Shown: positions 9,477 through 20,196, counted from the stretch's first letter. The stretch: DNA of 64,000 nt from Myxococcota bacterium (GCA_039194325.1 JBCCWC010000005.1:32001-96000); one strand, 5' to 3'. Notes: generated from the letters alone by a model not told the origin. Program-made: numbers and translations.

Positions 9477-9617
9477 GAGCTTCGGGTCCCACTACCACCG
9501 TCGGCCGCACGATCTTCCCGCCCCGCTCCACCGCCCTCGCCGCACCAAGACCGCGCCAACGACCCGTCACCGCCCCGTGACGATCAGATTCGCGCTCGAC
9601 CCACTCGTTGATGCACC

Positions 9618-10871
9618 ATGGGGCCGATGCTGGAAGCGGCCGTGCGCCCCCGAGTCCTCAGTGTCGTGCTCGCCGGCGGTGAGGGCAAGCGCCTGATGCC
9701 GCTGACCACGGATCGAGCCAAGCCCGCGGTGCCCTTCGGCGGGCAGTACCGGCTCATCGATTTCGCCCTGTCCAACCTCGCCAACGGTGGCTACCGCCGG
9801 ATCGTGGTGCTCACCCAGTACAAGAGCCACTCGCTCGACGTGCACCTGGCTCGAACCTGGCGGCTGGCGAGCTTCCTGGGCAGCTACGTCACCTCGGTGC
9901 CGGCCCAGATGCGCAAGGGCCCGACCTGGTTTCGCGGCTCGGCCGACGCCTTGTACCAAAACCTCAACATCGTAGACGACGAGCAGCCCAAGTTCGTCTT
10001 CGTGTTCGGGGCCGACCACGTCTATCGGATCGATCCTCGCCAGATGCTCGACCAGCACATCGACTCGGGCGCCGGGGTGACGATCGCCGCCCTGCGGGTG
10101 CCCCGGGATCAATCTCGCCACTTCGGCGTGATCGAGCGAGGCACGGGCACGTCGATCAAGAGCTTCATCGAGAAACCGGCAGAAGCCGAGGGCCTGGCCG
10201 ACGACCCCACCAAGATCCTCGCGTCGATGGGGAACTACGTGTTCACCACCGACGTGCTGCTCGAGGCCTTGCACCGCGACGCCGCCGCCGAGGACACCCG
10301 CCATGACATCGGCGGCAACCTGATCCCCGCCCTGGTCGCCGGCGGCGAGGCCCACGTGTACGACTTCACCACCAACGAGGTCCCCGGCGAAGACCCCCAG
10401 TCACACTACTGGCGCGACGTGGGCACGCTCGATGCCTACCACGAGGCCCATATGGATCTCGTGGCCCCGCTACCCGACTTCGATCTCTACAACGACCGCT
10501 GGCCGATCCACACCATGGTGCGCACGATGCCCCCCCCCAAGATCGTGGCGATCGGCAAGTATGGGGCGGGACATGTGGCCGACGCGATGCTCAGCAACGG
10601 GGTGATCCTCAGCGGGGCCACCGTGCACCGCTCGGTGCTCTCCCCCGGTGTGCGGGTGGGCGGCGGGGCCACCGTGGAGGACTCGATCCTGCTCGACGAC
10701 GTCAAGATCGGCGAGGGCGCGATCATCCGTCGGGCCGTACTCGACAAAGGGGTGGTGATCCCCCCCGGAGCCACCGTGGGGCTGGACCACGAGGCCGACC
10801 TCGCCCGCGGGCTGCACGTGTCCGAAGGCGGCGTGGTGGCGATGGGCAAGAAGCAACCGTTCGAGCGCTGA
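9618..10871 (+). CDS. glgC: Glucose-1-phosphate adenylyltransferase
   Basis: [55 protein letters not shown]-terminal beta-helix. Confidence 0.97.
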   Translation: MGPMLEAAVRPRVLSVVLAGGEGKRLMPLTTDRAKPAVPFGGQYRLIDFALSNLANGGYRRIVVLTQYKSHSLDVHLARTWRLASFLGSYVTSVPAQMRKGPTWFRGSADALYQNLNIVDDEQPKFVFVFGADHVYRIDPRQMLDQHIDSGAGVTIAALRVPRDQSRHFGVIERGTGTSIKSFIEKPAEAEGLADDPTKILASMGNYVFTTDVLLEALHRDAAAEDTRHDIGGNLIPALVAGGEAHVYDFTTNEVPGEDPQSHYWRDVGTLDAYHEAHMDLVAPLPDFDLYNDRWPIHTMVRTMPPPKIVAIGKYGAGHVADAMLSNGVILSGATVHRSVLSPGVRVGGGATVEDSILLDDVKIGEGAIIRRAVLDKGVVIPPGATVGLDHEADLARGLHVSEGGVVAMGKKQPFER

Positions 10872-10900
10872 AGGCTCGACCCCTGCGGGCGAATGAGCGA

Positions 10901-10925
10901 GGGCGTGGCCCGAAGACCACGCCCC
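10901..10925. terminator. GC-rich hairpin between convergent genes
   Basis: GGGCGTGG-loop-CCACGCCC; no U-tract. Confidence 0.45.
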
Positions 10926-10947
10926 TGACGCTCACCCCCGCAGGGAG

Positions 10948-12084
10948 CTATGGAACGGTACAGACACCGACGTCTTCGTATCCGGGAGGAGCCATGCCCA
11001 TCGCAAACCATGGGGAACAAACCTGCCCGACTCCAACTCCGGTGCACTGAGCGTCCCCTGCCGGATCGCTGATGTCACAGATATCGGTGCAGCAGCCCAC
11101 CGCCGACGCACAACCCGGCACGGACATCGGCACGTCACACACCAGGCCTGGATCGCACACGTTGATGAACTCGCAAGGATCGCCGTAGACGCCCATCACC
11201 CCGGAGGCGTCGGGCGCACAGACGAAGGTGTCGTCGATCGGGTAGCAAGCCTCGCCAGCGGGACACGCCTGGGCGAGCGGGTCACACCCCGGTATGCACA
11301 GGGTCAAGACGTCCTGGTTGCTGATCACGCAAAACGCGGTGGGATCGTCGCAGGTCGGCTCGTCAGGGCAGCCGTTGCACAGCGCCACGCAAGTCCCCAC
11401 GTTGGTCTCGAAATCCACGCTCCAGCACATCGAGCCGATGTCGCAATTGTCTTCGCCGGCCGCCCCGCCGTTCGGGGCAACACAAGGATCTCCAGGCTGA
11501 GCCGGATTGGGATCGATGGGCGTGCACTGGGTGGCATCCCACGTGCCGCCACCCGCCGCATAGGCGATGCACTTCTCGCCCGCCGGGCAGTCTTGCAGCC
11601 ACGGGTCGCACAAGGTCCCGACCCCGCCCATATACATGTCGCAAACACCCGCCCCGGTGGTCGAGCTCGACGACTCGGACTCCCCGGTGGTGCCTGTGCT
11701 GTCCGTGCTTTCCATGCCGTCGGTCGTCTCACCGGTATCGGTCGACATGCCCGAGGTCGAGCCCGTCCCCGTGGCGCTCGGATCGATGCTGGTCGAGCCC
11801 GAGCCATTGCCTCCGCCAGTGCTCGAGTCGATCGGCAGAGGATCGCCGCACTGACAGGCGTCGTATCCACTGCTATCGGACAGGCAAACCTGGATCCCGT
11901 CGGCCGCACCCGGACACGAGCACGAGATCTGCTCGCCGGGTGTGCACGCATTGGGAGTGACGCTGGTCCCGGAGCTCTCTGTGAGATCGGGAAGCCCGTC
12001 CACGGGGCAGCCGGCGAGCAGCGAGGCCAACGCGCCCAGACGGGCTACGTCATAGAAGGATCGACAGATGAATGAACGGTTCAT
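10948..12084 (-). CDS. Cys-rich lipoprotein (QDCPxGEKC family) with Ser/Thr linker
   Basis: LASLLAGC lipobox; CDPWLQDCPAGEKC..SMCWSVD..GCCT; homologous to 38438-39418 and 39436-40428. Confidence 0.85.
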   Translation of the reverse strand: MNRSFICRSFYDVARLGALASLLAGCPVDGLPDLTESSGTSVTPNACTPGEQISCSCPGAADGIQVCLSDSSGYDACQCGDPLPIDSSTGGGNGSGSTSIDPSATGTGSTSGMSTDTGETTDGMESTDSTGTTGESESSSSTTGAGVCDMYMGGVGTLCDPWLQDCPAGEKCIAYAAGGGTWDATQCTPIDPNPAQPGDPCVAPNGGAAGEDNCDIGSMCWSVDFETNVGTCVALCNGCPDEPTCDDPTAFCVISNQDVLTLCIPGCDPLAQACPAGEACYPIDDTFVCAPDASGVMGVYGDPCEFINVCDPGLVCDVPMSVPGCASAVGCCTDICDISDPAGDAQCTGVGVGQVCSPWFAMGMAPPGYEDVGVCTVP

Positions 12085-12337
12085 GAAAGTCCCTATCGAG
12101 AGCAGAAAGCCGGGCCAGGAGCATTGCCCGCAGGTACCCGCCGATGCAGGTGCCCTTTGTGTGATGGAGCGACACGATGCGCCGCCGGACAGCCGACGGA
12201 CCAAGGATCAGGTTCGTGAGCTTACCGAGCCGAGGTCACGCCCGTCGACATCGATCGAGCCGGTTTCGGAATCGACCCCCCAGTGCCTCGTGCCGGAAGC
12301 TCGTGCCGCGGGAGCAACGCGCTCGCCGAGCTCGCCG

Positions 12338-13741
12338 CTACTGGGCCGCCGCGAGCTTGGCCAACACCCGTAGGTGCTGTACTGCCGCGCGTAGCGGCAG
12401 GTCGTCCCCGGCGGCCCGCAGCGCGGCCGACTCGTCGACCATCGGAGGGCTGCGGCGCCCAAAGTCCTCGGGCTCGAGGTGTCGGGGGTTCTCTCGCTCG
12501 GCCGGCAGCTCGGGACGACTGTCGCGGTTGGGCACGACGCCCTCCGGGGCGGCGGTGGCTCCCACGTAGACATCGGGCGTGATCCCGCTGGCCTGGATCA
12601 GCCGATCGCCGGGGGTGTAGTAGAGCGCGGTGGTGATCTTGAGCAAGCTGCCGTCGTCGAGCTCGAAGGGCGCCTGGACCGAACCCTTGCCGTAGCTACG
12701 CTCCCCCACGATGATCGCCCGACCATGATCTTGCAGCGCGCCCGCGACGATCTCCGAGGCGCTCGCGGAGCCCTTGTTGATCAGCACGACCAGCGGTAAG
12801 TCACGCTTGGTGCCCGGGCGGTGGGCCCGGAGCTCGTCGAGCACCACGCCCCGGCGGCCCCGCGTCCGCACGATCGCTCCCTCGTCCACGAACAAGTCGA
12901 CGATCCCGGCCGCCTCGTCCAGCAGGCCGCCGCCGTTGTCCCGCAAGTCGAGCACCACCCCGCGAAGGCCGAGCTTGCCCCCCTGCTCGCGCAAGGACGC
13001 GAGCCCCTGGGCCATCTCCTTGGTGGCGTCCTCGGGGAAGTCGCGCAGGCGCAAGATCCCGAGCCCCTCGCCGAGGTAGCTGACCTCGACCGCCGGAGGA
13101 TCGATGATCGCTCGGGTCAGCTCGTGGGTGGTCAGCACGCCGCGCTCGGGCTCCTCGACGGTCAGCGCGATCGTTGTGCCGGGCTTACCACGGATCTTGA
13201 CGATCGCCTGCTCGAGGTCGGAAAAGTCCGCGATCGGCTGCCCGGCGATCCGAACGACCCGGTGGCCCACCTCGATGCCGGCCCGATCGGCCGGACCGTC
13301 GGGGATGATGTCGCGGATCTCGAGGTAGCGGTCGCCGTCGTCCTCGCGGCCGAGCACCACCACCATGCCGATCCCCCCGAACGCCCCCTCGATGTCCTCA
13401 CGCAAGAGCTTGGCCTCGCGCGGGGGCAAGAAGGCGGTATGCGGATCGAGCTGGGAGACCATGCCGACGAGCGCCGCATGGATCAGCTGGCGATCGTCGA
13501 CCGGGCGCACGTAGTACTGCTCGACGATCGCCAGCGCGCGCGCAAAGACATCGAGCTTTTGATACCGGGAGTACTGGGCCGGAGCCGACCCCACGGTTCC
13601 ACGCCGTGGCGTTGCTTGCGCTGCTTGCGCAGTTCGCGCCGCATGGGACGGCAAGCTCGCACCAACACCGATGCCGATCCCGATGCCCAGGCACGTAAGC
13701 CCTAGCGCCCCAAGGCCCAGCCGAACTCGAAGCTTTCGCAT
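12338..13741 (-). CDS. Carboxy-terminal processing protease (S41, CtpA/Prc family)
   Basis: LDPHT, PDZ domain (GGIG..GPA), DLRDNGGG, SASASEIVAGALQD, GKGSVQ. Confidence 0.93.
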   Translation of the reverse strand: MRKLRVRLGLGALGLTCLGIGIGIGVGASLPSHAARTAQAAQATPRRGTVGSAPAQYSRYQKLDVFARALAIVEQYYVRPVDDRQLIHAALVGMVSQLDPHTAFLPPREAKLLREDIEGAFGGIGMVVVLGREDDGDRYLEIRDIIPDGPADRAGIEVGHRVVRIAGQPIADFSDLEQAIVKIRGKPGTTIALTVEEPERGVLTTHELTRAIIDPPAVEVSYLGEGLGILRLRDFPEDATKEMAQGLASLREQGGKLGLRGVVLDLRDNGGGLLDEAAGIVDLFVDEGAIVRTRGRRGVVLDELRAHRPGTKRDLPLVVLINKGSASASEIVAGALQDHGRAIIVGERSYGKGSVQAPFELDDGSLLKITTALYYTPGDRLIQASGITPDVYVGATAAPEGVVPNRDSRPELPAERENPRHLEPEDFGRRSPPMVDESAALRAAGDDLPLRAAVQHLRVLAKLAAAQ

Positions 13742-13770
13742 GCTGCTGGGCAGTCTATCAAGCTCGTCGC

Positions 13771-14721
13771 TCAGGGCGAGGTCCGTCCGGCGGCGATCGT
13801 CTCCGCGTAGACCCGGTCGCGGCTCGTGCCGGCCGCGACCTTGGCCTTGGCCTTGGCCATCTCCTCGTCGATGAGCGTCTTGAATGCCGTCACCGGCTGC
13901 GCCCCGGCCAAGAAGCGCCCGTTGACGAAGAACGAAGGCGTCCCCCGGGCCCCCAGGGCCATGCCTGCTTTTTGCTGTCGATCGACACGCTCGGCGAGCG
14001 CGGCGCTGTCGAGATCGCGCTTGAACTTCTTGACATCGAGGCCCATTGCGCGCGCCCACGCGATGAAGTTCTTCTCGGTCAGATCGCGCTGGTTGGCGAA
14101 GAGCTTGTCGTGCATCTCCCAAAACTTGCCCTGCTCCCCCGCCGCCTCGGCGGCGATCGCCGCCGGACGGGCGTTGACGTGGAACGACAGCGGATTGTGC
14201 TTGAACACGTAGCGCAGATCCTTGCCGTAGTCTTTGTGGAGCACCTCGATGGTCGGTGATACACGATTACAATAAGGGCACTGGAAGTCGGACCAGGTCA
14301 CGATGGTGACCAGCGCATCCTCGGGACCCCGGGCCTGAGCGTCCCCCACCTCGGCCTTGTAATACGCCGTGGGATCGGGCCGCCCTGGCTTGACGCCGGT
14401 GGTGGGCTTGACACGCTCCTTTTGCAGCTCCTCGATGTCGACCTGAGCCTCGGCCACCTGCGACTCGAACGACACCAGCTCTGCCGACAGCGTGGCCAGT
14501 CGCTTCTCCAGCTCGCCGATCCGCTGCTCGTACGCCTCGGTCGCCGCGACCTTCTGCGCGAGCTGCTCCTGCTGCTCTTGCAGGGCCGCTAGCTTGGCGT
14601 CGGCCACTTCGGTGGCCACGTCCTTCATCATCGCGCGCTGGTCCTCGGCGGAGGGTAGATCGCAGGCGGCCGTGAACAAGACCGGGAACAAGGCCGGGAA
14701 CAGCACGAGGGGCGCTCTCAT
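13771..14721 (-). CDS. DsbA/thioredoxin-family lipoprotein with coiled coil
   Basis: FTAAC lipobox; SDFQCPYC; FKHNPL; GTPSFFVNG. Confidence 0.92.
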   Translation of the reverse strand: MRAPLVLFPALFPVLFTAACDLPSAEDQRAMMKDVATEVADAKLAALQEQQEQLAQKVAATEAYEQRIGELEKRLATLSAELVSFESQVAEAQVDIEELQKERVKPTTGVKPGRPDPTAYYKAEVGDAQARGPEDALVTIVTWSDFQCPYCNRVSPTIEVLHKDYGKDLRYVFKHNPLSFHVNARPAAIAAEAAGEQGKFWEMHDKLFANQRDLTEKNFIAWARAMGLDVKKFKRDLDSAALAERVDRQQKAGMALGARGTPSFFVNGRFLAGAQPVTAFKTLIDEEMAKAKAKVAAGTSRDRVYAETIAAGRTSP

Positions 14722-14937
14722 ACCGCGGATGATAGCCCCGTCACGGGCCCGGGCCGACCGCGAGCGCCCGCCAGCGACCCCATTTTCTCTGGCTCCACGT
14801 TGGAGCGCAGTGCTGGCGTAGCGCCGCGGCCCGCCGGCCCCGGGAGACGAGCGCAGGATCCGTGCTCATGAGCTTGCCGGCATATCTTGCCCGCGGGTGA
14901 GGAAAGCACGGTTACGACTGACTCCGCAGAGCATGCA

Positions 14938-15324
14938 CTACCACTCGATCGGCACGTCGTAGGACGAGAACGCCGTGTCGCTGGTGACGATCGCCATGCC
15001 ACGACGTAGCGCTGTCGCCACCAAGAGTCGATCGAACGGGTCTCGGTGATCCACAGGCGGTCCCAATGAGTCGAGCGCAACGACATCGTGCGCCTCGATC
15101 GGGAGGACCGCATCAGGGTGAACCGCGGCGGCAAACCATTCAGCGGGGGGAGAGGGCAGCGACAACTTGCCCTTGTGAACCTTGATGATGATCTCCCAGA
15201 AGGATGCCACGCTGACGAAAACCTCATTGGCTTCATCGTCGAGCACACGGCGCGCCCGTGGAGAGAGCTGCTCCGAGTCATCGACGAACCAGAGCAGAGT
15301 GCAGGTATCCAGGAGCAGCCGCAT
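14938..15324 (-). CDS. vapC: PIN-domain toxin, VapC family
   Basis: MRLLLDT..LLW, SxWEI, HRDPFDRLLVA, TSD. Confidence 0.93.
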   Translation of the reverse strand: MRLLLDTCTLLWFVDDSEQLSPRARRVLDDEANEVFVSVASFWEIIIKVHKGKLSLPSPPAEWFAAAVHPDAVLPIEAHDVVALDSLGPPVDHRDPFDRLLVATALRRGMAIVTSDTAFSSYDVPIEW

Positions 15325-16130
15325 CAGTACTCGTCGAACTCAGGGAGCGGGTCGTTGAAGTCCGCGGTCAACCTGATGCCCCTCGGACCGCCTCCTCGAC
15401 GGCGCTTCCATCGGGAGATCGCTGGGCCTCCGTAGGATTGCTCGCCAATGCTCGACCTAGCCTCCTCGAGGGCGGTGTCGAAGACTTCATCTGGAACGTA
15501 AGGTTGGAGAAGGCGGCGATAGGTGTCCCATAGAGCCGTGGCCAGGGTCTCGACAGTCGCAGCCGGTATGGCCCGCTCGAGTCCAGCGACCGCGACCGCA
15601 TGACACAGGGCGAAGAAAGTCTGCAACTCATCGCCCGGACCATGGAGCATGAGCTCAGGCTCTTCATAGAAGAGGACGACACCTTCGATCATCTGGCCGC
15701 GGCCTTGACTCATGAGGTATCGGAGAACCCGATGGTAGCCATCGAGGTATACCCGAGCACGAGGCGGAAGGTTGGGCAATGCCTCCCAGGGGTTCGCAGC
15801 TTCTTGTTCGACGGCGGCCACGACGCCTTCCGCCGTTACGGGGAGGGCTCCGCGCTCGATGAGGAGTTGGCGCAATGTAGGCTGGTAGTCCCGCCATACC
15901 GGTGACGCGATACGCCAGGCTTCGATGGCCTCAGACACGACTTGGTGAAGAGGCGCTCGCGCGAGCACATGCGTCAGCGGTGTGATCAACCACGCGCGGA
16001 GCCGACGAACGAACGTCACCTCGTCTGGATTGGGGAGCTCGGGTGTGGTCGACTCAGCCTCGACCACCTGAAGGGCGGGGGCCCCAGCCAGGCCCCTCAC
16101 ATGGAAAGAAGCGGATTCCACACCGAACAT
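15324..16130 (-). CDS. Unknown protein ending in a VapB/DUF2281-like antitoxin C-terminal motif
   Basis: C-terminus KRRRGGGPRGIRLTADFNDPLPEFDEY; TGATG overlap with vapC; start uncertain. Confidence 0.6.
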   Translation of the reverse strand: MFGVESASFHVRGLAGAPALQVVEAESTTPELPNPDEVTFVRRLRAWLITPLTHVLARAPLHQVVSEAIEAWRIASPVWRDYQPTLRQLLIERGALPVTAEGVVAAVEQEAANPWEALPNLPPRARVYLDGYHRVLRYLMSQGRGQMIEGVVLFYEEPELMLHGPGDELQTFFALCHAVAVAGLERAIPAATVETLATALWDTYRRLLQPYVPDEVFDTALEEARSSIGEQSYGGPAISRWKRRRGGGPRGIRLTADFNDPLPEFDEY

Positions 16131-16484
16131 TGTAGCGCGAGAGCGATTGTTTCGTTCGGTGCAGGGACCTGCGTGAACCCCGGGCCACACCCCGCAGGGC
16201 CGATCCTCCGAGGTTTCGCAAAAAAATTTCGAGCACGATCGGCCCACCCACTGGCCACTTGAGGCCCACCCCTCATCCTACGTCGACGTCAAACCCCGGG
16301 TTCCGTTCCTCCTGGGTTCCGCATGCGCAGGACCGAGGCCGGGCGCGACGCAGTCGCGCATCCCGAGCCGGCCGCGGCATCACAGCCCCCCCCGGTCCAT
16401 CACCCGCCCACTAGACTGGAACCCTTTGTTCCATGGCCGAAAAAGACCAGATGACGGCCCTCGGGGTACCGTCATAGTGGCGGT

Positions 16485-16967
16485 ATGAGCTGGCGATCCC
16501 GTAGTCCTCTTCGAGGCCCTCGTACTTCCAAGGCATCCCCTTCGGCCGAGCTGCATGCGCGCATCGACGCACTGCGCCAGTGCTTCTTGAAGGCCAAGGA
16601 CCTGTCCGACCCTTTTTCGCGCTTCGACACCGATCTGGTGCCTCTGCCCGATTTCTTCTCTCATAGCCACGAGGGCACCCACCCCGTGTTGTGGGCGGCT
16701 GTGGAGTCCATCGCCCGGCGGGTGCGCTCCGACATCACGCTGGTGGACCATCTGATGTACCAGGTCCCGGGCACCGGGTTCTGGCACGGCATGGCCTGCA
16801 GCGCCCAGGAACTCGTCTTCTTCTACTACTTCGATTCCATCGCGATGGGCTTGGTCGGCATGCAAAACCCCTTCGATCCGAGCGGGCTGGGGCACTACAT
16901 AAGGTTCTCGGCCGTCACCCCGGTGGGCTCTTCGGCGCCGAGCAGAGCAGCACGTGCCTCGGCGTGA
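16485..16967 (+). CDS. Hypothetical protein
   Basis: GC-rich third codon positions and globular composition (FWHG..FFYYFD..MG). Confidence 0.7.
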   Translation: MSWRSRSPLRGPRTSKASPSAELHARIDALRQCFLKAKDLSDPFSRFDTDLVPLPDFFSHSHEGTHPVLWAAVESIARRVRSDITLVDHLMYQVPGTGFWHGMACSAQELVFFYYFDSIAMGLVGMQNPFDPSGLGHYIRFSAVTPVGSSAPSRAARASA

Positions 16968-16986
16968 GTCGTTGGCAGAGCTCCGC

Positions 16987-17091
16987 TCAGCCTTCCAGGC
17001 GCCGAGTGAGCCACTCGCTGATGACGGGTGGGTAGCCCACGAGGCTCGCGAAGGCGTTGCGCAGGGTCGAGGTGATCGTGTCGATGTTCAT
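16987..17091 (-). CDS. Putative 34-aa small protein
   Basis: MNIDTITSTLRNAFASLVGYPPVISEWLTRRLEG; mostly G/C third positions; purine-rich GGAAGCGAG before the ATG. Confidence 0.4.
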   Translation of the reverse strand: MNIDTITSTLRNAFASLVGYPPVISEWLTRRLEG

Positions 17092-17280
17092 CTCGCTTCC
17101 GGTAGTACCCAGGCCCTGACGATCGATTGCGCCGCGGGTCGATTTTTGGCTCGCCATGACGATCCCAGGGCCCGCACGTCCTTTTGCGTCGTTCGTTCGA
17201 ATTCCGAGGTTCGGCCTCCTCCGAGCGCGACGACGCAACCGTACTTGGGCTCACCGAGTTCGGGCATTCCGGACTCGGGC

Positions 17281-18492
17281 CTACCGAATGCGGGCTTTTC
17301 GGTGGAGCGAGCGTCGCGTGGCGCGCTGGAGCATTGGGGCCGGATTCACGGGTTTTTCGCCGTGGCGCAGCTCCAGATAGGCGGTCGTACCCAGCCCGTC
17401 GTCCGTGGCTTTGGGCGCCACCGAGGCGATCCGCTCTCCCGCGTCGACCGTCTCGCCCTCCTCCACGGCCACTTTCCACAGCCGTCCCAGCATCGACAGC
17501 TGGCCGGCCCCGTGGTCGATGACCACCACCTGCTCGAATCCGGGCAGCTCGGCCACCATCACCACCCGTCCGTCGGCGGGCGCGCGCACGGTCTCGTCGC
17601 GCCGGGCCGCCAGTTCGACCCCGTTGCGCACCATGGGCAAGCGCAGCACGGGGTCCTCATAGGCGCCGAACCGTCCGACCAGTCGTCCTCGCACCGGTCG
17701 TACCAGCGTGCCTCCAACACCGCCCCCTTGCAGTGCCTCCAGCTCGCGCCAGCGTGCGCTCAGCTCCGCCAGACGCTCGCGATGCGCTCGGCGTGCCCGG
17801 TCGCCGGTCGACGACCCCGACAGCAATGTCTGTCGCGTCTTGCGAGCCCGCTGCAGCGCGGGGGCGGTCGCCGTCATCGCGATCGCCGTCAGCTCGCCTT
17901 GCATGTCGTGCACGGTGGCCAGGACCGACAGCGTCTGCAGCTGCCGCTCGGCGTGCAGCAGTTCATCGCGGGCGCGTCGCTCCGCTCGCTGGTACGCCGA
18001 AAGCTCGCGCAGATCGTGTCGTACCAGCCAGCGCAACCTCCGGCCCCGGGCCAGCCGATCCGCGGTGGTCGGCTCCTGGCGTCCTATGTCTTCGAACATC
18101 AGCCGGGCCACGCCGCCGCGTGCGGCCTTGACCATCGCTCGCGCTCGGCGGCGGGCGATCTGCTCCCGCTCGCCACGTCCGGCTCGATAGGCGCTCAGCC
18201 GACGCACGCTCTCTGCACCCGCATGGTCGAGGAGCGCCGCGCTGTACTCGGCACCGGCCTGCTCCCGCTCGAGCGCGGCCACGGCCCGCTCCAGGTCCAC
18301 CGCCTGCCGGGCCAACCCCAGCTCGGCATCCAGAGCGGCACCGAACCGGTCGCTCAACTGGTCGCTCAACCGGTCGCCCAATCGGTGCCAATCACTGCGG
18401 GCCGACGCAGGCATCGCTGCCAGCGCCAGCCCCAAGGCCACGATTCCCCAGGTGATTGTACGTCGAGCCACGGGCAACTCAGACCTCGGCAT
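17281..18492 (-). CDS. EnvC-like coiled-coil / M23 peptidase-domain protein
   Basis: Signal peptide, coiled coil, PVRG..FG..NGVEL..VIDHG..LELRHG; Zn ligands appear degenerate as in EnvC; directly follows ftsX. Confidence 0.85.
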   Translation of the reverse strand: MPRSELPVARRTITWGIVALGLALAAMPASARSDWHRLGDRLSDQLSDRFGAALDAELGLARQAVDLERAVAALEREQAGAEYSAALLDHAGAESVRRLSAYRAGRGEREQIARRRARAMVKAARGGVARLMFEDIGRQEPTTADRLARGRRLRWLVRHDLRELSAYQRAERRARDELLHAERQLQTLSVLATVHDMQGELTAIAMTATAPALQRARKTRQTLLSGSSTGDRARRAHRERLAELSARWRELEALQGGGVGGTLVRPVRGRLVGRFGAYEDPVLRLPMVRNGVELAARRDETVRAPADGRVVMVAELPGFEQVVVIDHGAGQLSMLGRLWKVAVEEGETVDAGERIASVAPKATDDGLGTTAYLELRHGEKPVNPAPMLQRATRRSLHRKARIR

Positions 18493-19390
18493 AACGAGCG
18501 ACCGCCGCGCGAGCTCCCACCAGGCCCAGCCCGGCCCCGAAGGCCACGCCCACCGCCAGCTCGATGGGATTGAAGAAATGCAGCGCTCCCGCCGCGAACA
18601 CCAGCGACAGCCCCTGCTCGAGGAACGGATGGATCGCATCGAAGCCCAGCCACAGCATGCCGAGGGCCAACGCGGCCCCGAGCGCTCCTTGGACCAGGCC
18701 CTCGAAGACGAAGGGCCCGTGCACGAAACGATTGGTCCCCCCGACCAGCCGAAGGATCTGGATCTCGGCCCGCCGCGCATAGACCCCCAGCCGGATCGTG
18801 CTCCACACGATGGCCATACACGCCAGGCTGACCAGCAGGCCTGCCCCCAGGGCGAGTTCCTCCATGGTCTGCATCAACGCACGAGCGCGACCCGCCCAGT
18901 CCCCGACCACCGCGACCTCCTCGACCACCGGCAACTCCCCGAGGTGCTCGGCCAGCACGTGGCCAAAGTTGGGGTCGGTGCCAGGAGCCAGATCGATCTC
19001 CAGCGATCCGGGCAACACCGAGGGGTCGAGCCCGTCCAGCATCGAGCTGTCCTCGCCCAGCCCTTCGAAGAGCCGCTGCATGGCCAGCTCGGGGCTGACC
19101 TGCTCGACGTGGACCACCTCGGGCAGGGTCTGCAGGCGCTCGACCGCGGCGGTCACCTGCTCGGGATCGGGGTCGTCCACCAGGTAGACGGTCACGGGGA
19201 CGTCGAGCCCCCACGCCTGAACCATCTGCTGGGTGTTGCTCCACACCAGCATGACCAGGCCCAGCAGCAGCATGCACACGGCCATGGTGCTGACCGCCAG
19301 CAGCTGCACGGCCGGGGCCTGGCCCATGCCTCGCAGCCCGCGGGTCATCACGTACGACAGCGAGTAGATCGGGCGCAGCAGTCGTTGCAT
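18479..19390 (-). CDS. ftsX: Cell division permease FtsX
   Basis: Four TM segments; TIRLGVYARRAEIQILRLVGGTNRFVHGPFVFEG. Confidence 0.93.
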   Translation of the reverse strand: MQRLLRPIYSLSYVMTRGLRGMGQAPAVQLLAVSTMAVCMLLLGLVMLVWSNTQQMVQAWGLDVPVTVYLVDDPDPEQVTAAVERLQTLPEVVHVEQVSPELAMQRLFEGLGEDSSMLDGLDPSVLPGSLEIDLAPGTDPNFGHVLAEHLGELPVVEEVAVVGDWAGRARALMQTMEELALGAGLLVSLACMAIVWSTIRLGVYARRAEIQILRLVGGTNRFVHGPFVFEGLVQGALGAALALGMLWLGFDAIHPFLEQGLSLVFAAGALHFFNPIELAVGVAFGAGLGLVGARAAVARYAEV

Positions 19391-20196
19391 CACGCCACCG
19401 CCCCGGCCGGCTCGGGCCACACGGCGGGAAGGATCGCCGGGATGTCATCGTCGTCGCAGTGCAGATCGACCGAATCCAAGGGGTCCAATGCATCCATGGC
19501 ATCCATGGAATCGGTCGGGTCGGCCAGGCAGACCAGGCGCCCGTGCTCGAGGTGGATCTGCTGGGTCAGCGAGGCATGGTGCATGACCAGCGGGTCATGG
19601 GTCGCCACGAGCACGGTGGTGCCGCGCTCGCAGATCCCCGCGAGCAGGTCGAGGATCTCGCGGGACAGCCGGGGGTCGAGGTTCCCGGTGGGCTCGTCCG
19701 CCAGCAAGATCGCCGGCTCTCCCGCCAACGCCCGGGCGATCGCCACCCGCTGCTGTTCGCCGCCCGACAGGCATCGGGCAGGGCGGCGCATGAAGGGGTC
19801 GAGCTCCACCTGGTGCAGCGCCGACGCGGCCCGCTCCCGCACCTCGCGCCGGGGCATGCCCAGCACCTGCAGGGCCAGGGCTACGTTCTCCATGGGCGTG
19901 GCATCCAGCAGCAGCTTGAAGTCCTGAAACACGGCGCCCACGTTGCGTCGCAGGTAGGGGATGCTGCCTTTGCGCAAACGATGGATGTCGCGACCGGCGA
20001 CGCGGATCGATCCGTGGTCGGGGCGCTCCATGGCGAGCACCAACTTCAGCAGCGTGCTCTTGCCTGCGCCCGAAGGGCCCATGAGCACGGCAAAGGCCCC
20101 TTCGTCGACGGAAAAGCTCACCCCGCGCAACGCAGCGGCTTTCTTGCGGCCGCGGCCGTAGGTCATCGTGACGTCACAAAACTCGATGATGGCCAT
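19390..20196 (-). CDS. ftsE: Cell division ATP-binding protein FtsE
   Basis: [44 protein letters not shown]. Confidence 0.95.
   Translation of the reverse strand: MAIIEFCDVTMTYGRGRKKAAALRGVSFSVDEGAFAVLMGPSGAGKSTLLKLVLAMERPDHGSIRVAGRDIHRLRKGSIPYLRRNVGAVFQDFKLLLDATPMENVALALQVLGMPRREVRERAASALHQVELDPFMRRPARCLSGGEQQRVAIARALAGEPAILLADEPTGNLDPRLSREILDLLAGICERGTTVLVATHDPLVMHHASLTQQIHLEHGRLVCLADPTDSMDAMDALDPLDSVDLHCDDDDIPAILPAVWPEPAGAVA

Noticed and set aside
14760..16480. Mobile element carrying the TA pair
   Set aside because: No transposase, integrase, tRNA or terminal repeats could be identified
16954..19927. Long plus-strand ORFs (539 aa, 491 aa) and similar shadow ORFs across the window
   Set aside because: Antisense shadows of real high-GC genes, with Arg/Pro/Gly-rich composition and no motifs
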